A DNA stretch of 64,000 bases from Escherichia phage vB_EcoM_IME392: the sequence record MH719082.1. One strand, 5' to 3'. The translations under genes were made by a program, and so were the position numbers. The number at the start of each line of letters is the position of its first letter. Within the stretch, counting starts at the first letter, position 1. This document shows, piece after piece, positions 62,616 to 64,000 of the stretch. The notes under the pieces are model-generated. The model searched no databases. It was not told where the DNA came from and worked only from the letters and a program-made list of their open reading frames with translations.

Positions 62616-64000
62616 ATGGGCGGTCGTTCTAAGTTATTTAGCGAACTGGGCGGAGCTCCTCTTAATACTTATCAGCATGATAACCAGACTCTCGATATTC
62701 GCGAGTTAGAAAATCAGCAGAAAGTATTAGACGAGACTCTTGCCGAAACAATAGGCAACGTTAACGAGTTGCAACAGACTGCTGGTCAGTCTATGTATAT
62801 CCTCGGTAACTATGCCTCCGGAATGGTGATCGAGAACGACCGCCAGTACGTCAGATATGATAATCTGCTGTACTATTGGACTGGTCCTGTACCGTTCACT
62901 ACCACCGGCAACTTCTACGAAGAATCCTACTGGACTGGTGGGGTACAGAGCGGTATCGAGTGGAGTTACGAGGTACAGGAAGATGGGGAATTCGAGTTTA
63001 ATATTCCTTACTCCTTTACCAACGTACGTCTATTCGTAGGTGGTGTCCGCCTTACTCGCGTAGAAGATTACACTATCGATGTGATTAATCGCAAGATCAC
63101 TCTGACTAAGGTTAAGCTGTCGAAGGGTGTCCTGGTGACTGCCGAGCTGAACTCTCGTGATGCTCTTAGCGTTACCCAGGATCGCATCGATAGCCTTACC
63201 AGAGAGATCTCAGAGAAAGTAGGTTTCGTTAATTACAAACTTACTGATCTGTCTGAAGGTCAGAGCCTGACTCTCACTACCAGAGTCCAGACTGTAAGCT
63301 TCTCAGTAAATGGGGAGTATTATAAATGGGATGGCGTTCTTCCTAAAGTTGTTAATTATGGAGATCCGGAGCCATCTCAATCTGAACAGGGGACTGGTAA
63401 GTGGATTCCTGTAGGTTCTGGTGCTCTTAAGTCAGAGCTCATGACTGCTGGCGAAACTACTGGTGCTGCTATTGTCTATCTGAGATATGGTGGCACGGTG
63501 GCTGATGGTATTCGATACATCACCCCAGAAATGGCTCGAGCTAAAGGCGACGGTACTACGGACGATACAGCAGCTCTTCGCTCTGCTGTTACCCTGGCTA
63601 AGACTTATGGTCTTAAGCTTATGGGTATGGGTACTTACAAGATCTCTAACCAATCGGTGGATATTTCCGGGGTAGTGATCGAGAACCTAACCATAGTTGG
63701 TACCGGTGCTAGTTCACAGCTGCTGGTTAATGGCGATACGGACATAACTAAGCTGAACCTTAGCAAATGCGGTATTCGTCACATCAACGGTATCTTTAAA
63801 CTCGACCAGTTCGAAATTAATGACTGTTCTGCGACTGCTGCTCTGCTGTGTCAGCAATTAGCAGCTAATAGCCAACTGTTCGTCACTAATGGTATTATGC
63901 GTCGCTGTAACTATGGTTACCTCCGTCAGGGTAGTCCTGCATCTTCCAAGCCGCTCACTGCGACTCTGCTACAGAACTTACAGTTCTTCGACATGAAGAG
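62616..64000 (+). CDS. Second tailspike-like protein (partial; continues beyond window end)
   Basis: ATG 62616 after GGAGA. The frame is open to 64000 by own translation. MARAKGDGTTDDTAALRSAVTLAKTYGLKLMG is a pectate-lyase-like motif, and the YKWDGVLPKVV anchor-module variant is present. Confidence 0.5.
   Translation, partial: MGGRSKLFSELGGAPLNTYQHDNQTLDIRELENQQKVLDETLAETIGNVNELQQTAGQSMYILGNYASGMVIENDRQYVRYDNLLYYWTGPVPFTTTGNFYEESYWTGGVQSGIEWSYEVQEDGEFEFNIPYSFTNVRLFVGGVRLTRVEDYTIDVINRKITLTKVKLSKGVLVTAELNSRDALSVTQDRIDSLTREISEKVGFVNYKLTDLSEGQSLTLTTRVQTVSFSVNGEYYKWDGVLPKVVNYGDPEPSQSEQGTGKWIPVGSGALKSELMTAGETTGAAIVYLRYGGTVADGIRYITPEMARAKGDGTTDDTAALRSAVTLAKTYGLKLMGMGTYKISNQSVDISGVVIENLTIVGTGASSQLLVNGDTDITKLNLSKCGIRHINGIFKLDQFEINDCSATAALLCQQLAANSQLFVTNGIMRRCNYGYLRQGSPASSKPLTATLLQNLQFFDMK

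Noticed and set aside
1-64000. Prophage or other mobile-element signatures (integrase, att sites, transposase, IS, CRISPR)
   Set aside because: None were found. Gene content (terminase, T4-like replication, tRNAs, no lysogeny genes) indicates a virulent phage genome segment rather than an integrated element.

Overview
This window reads as a contiguous piece of a large virulent tailed-phage (myovirus) genome with roughly 45-50% GC. No integrase, CRISPR array, IS element or rRNA was seen.

Positions 1-29,200 are transcribed on the minus strand and hold early/middle genes:
- A DNA-modification module: a ThyA-family deoxypyrimidine hydroxymethylase (partial at the window edge), a P-loop kinase, a T4 beta-glucosyltransferase-like enzyme, a GT2 glycosyltransferase, a PIG-L/LmbE-type de-N-acetylase, a BCCT-family transporter, a SAM methyltransferase and two unknowns.
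- T4-like topoisomerase II large (gp39-like) and medium (gp52-like) subunits, followed by a Zn-finger/GIY-YIG-like endonuclease.
- An Mre11/SbcD-Rad50/SbcC protein made as a single 921-aa polypeptide.
- An RNase H/FEN nuclease, an SSB-like protein with an acidic tail, a DnaB-like helicase and an SF2 (UvsW-like) helicase.
- A GT32-type glycosyltransferase, standing apart from the main module.
- A 2.3-kb non-coding island with tRNA-Met(CAT), tRNA-Arg(TCT), tRNA-like fragments and several stem-closed structured elements.
- A DenV-like pyrimidine-dimer glycosylase.

A 35-bp element with the core TTAACAGCCTTT…AAAAGAGCGG occurs 15 times upstream of minus-strand genes and of the non-coding RNA units. 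It is most likely a phage-specific early/middle promoter. Several rho-independent terminators with UUCG tetraloops also lie between minus-strand genes.

At about 29,150-29,350 transcription switches to the plus strand. The late structural module follows: terminase, portal, a protease/scaffold fusion, the major capsid protein with a strong terminator after it, neck proteins, tail sheath and tube, a tape-measure protein carrying a GH19-like lysozyme domain, a P2/T4-type baseplate (X/LysM, spike, gp25/W, J, I) and a large tail fibre/tailspike cluster. That cluster contains duplicated fibre-plus-chaperone cassettes, pectate-lyase-like tailspikes and an S74 intramolecular-chaperone domain.

The most interesting candidate system is the hypermodification module. 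It combines hydroxymethylase, kinase, three glycosyltransferases, an amino-sugar de-N-acetylase, a methyltransferase and a phage-encoded BCCT transporter, which suggests a complex glycosylated, possibly amino-sugar, DNA base modification that I do not recognise from described systems.
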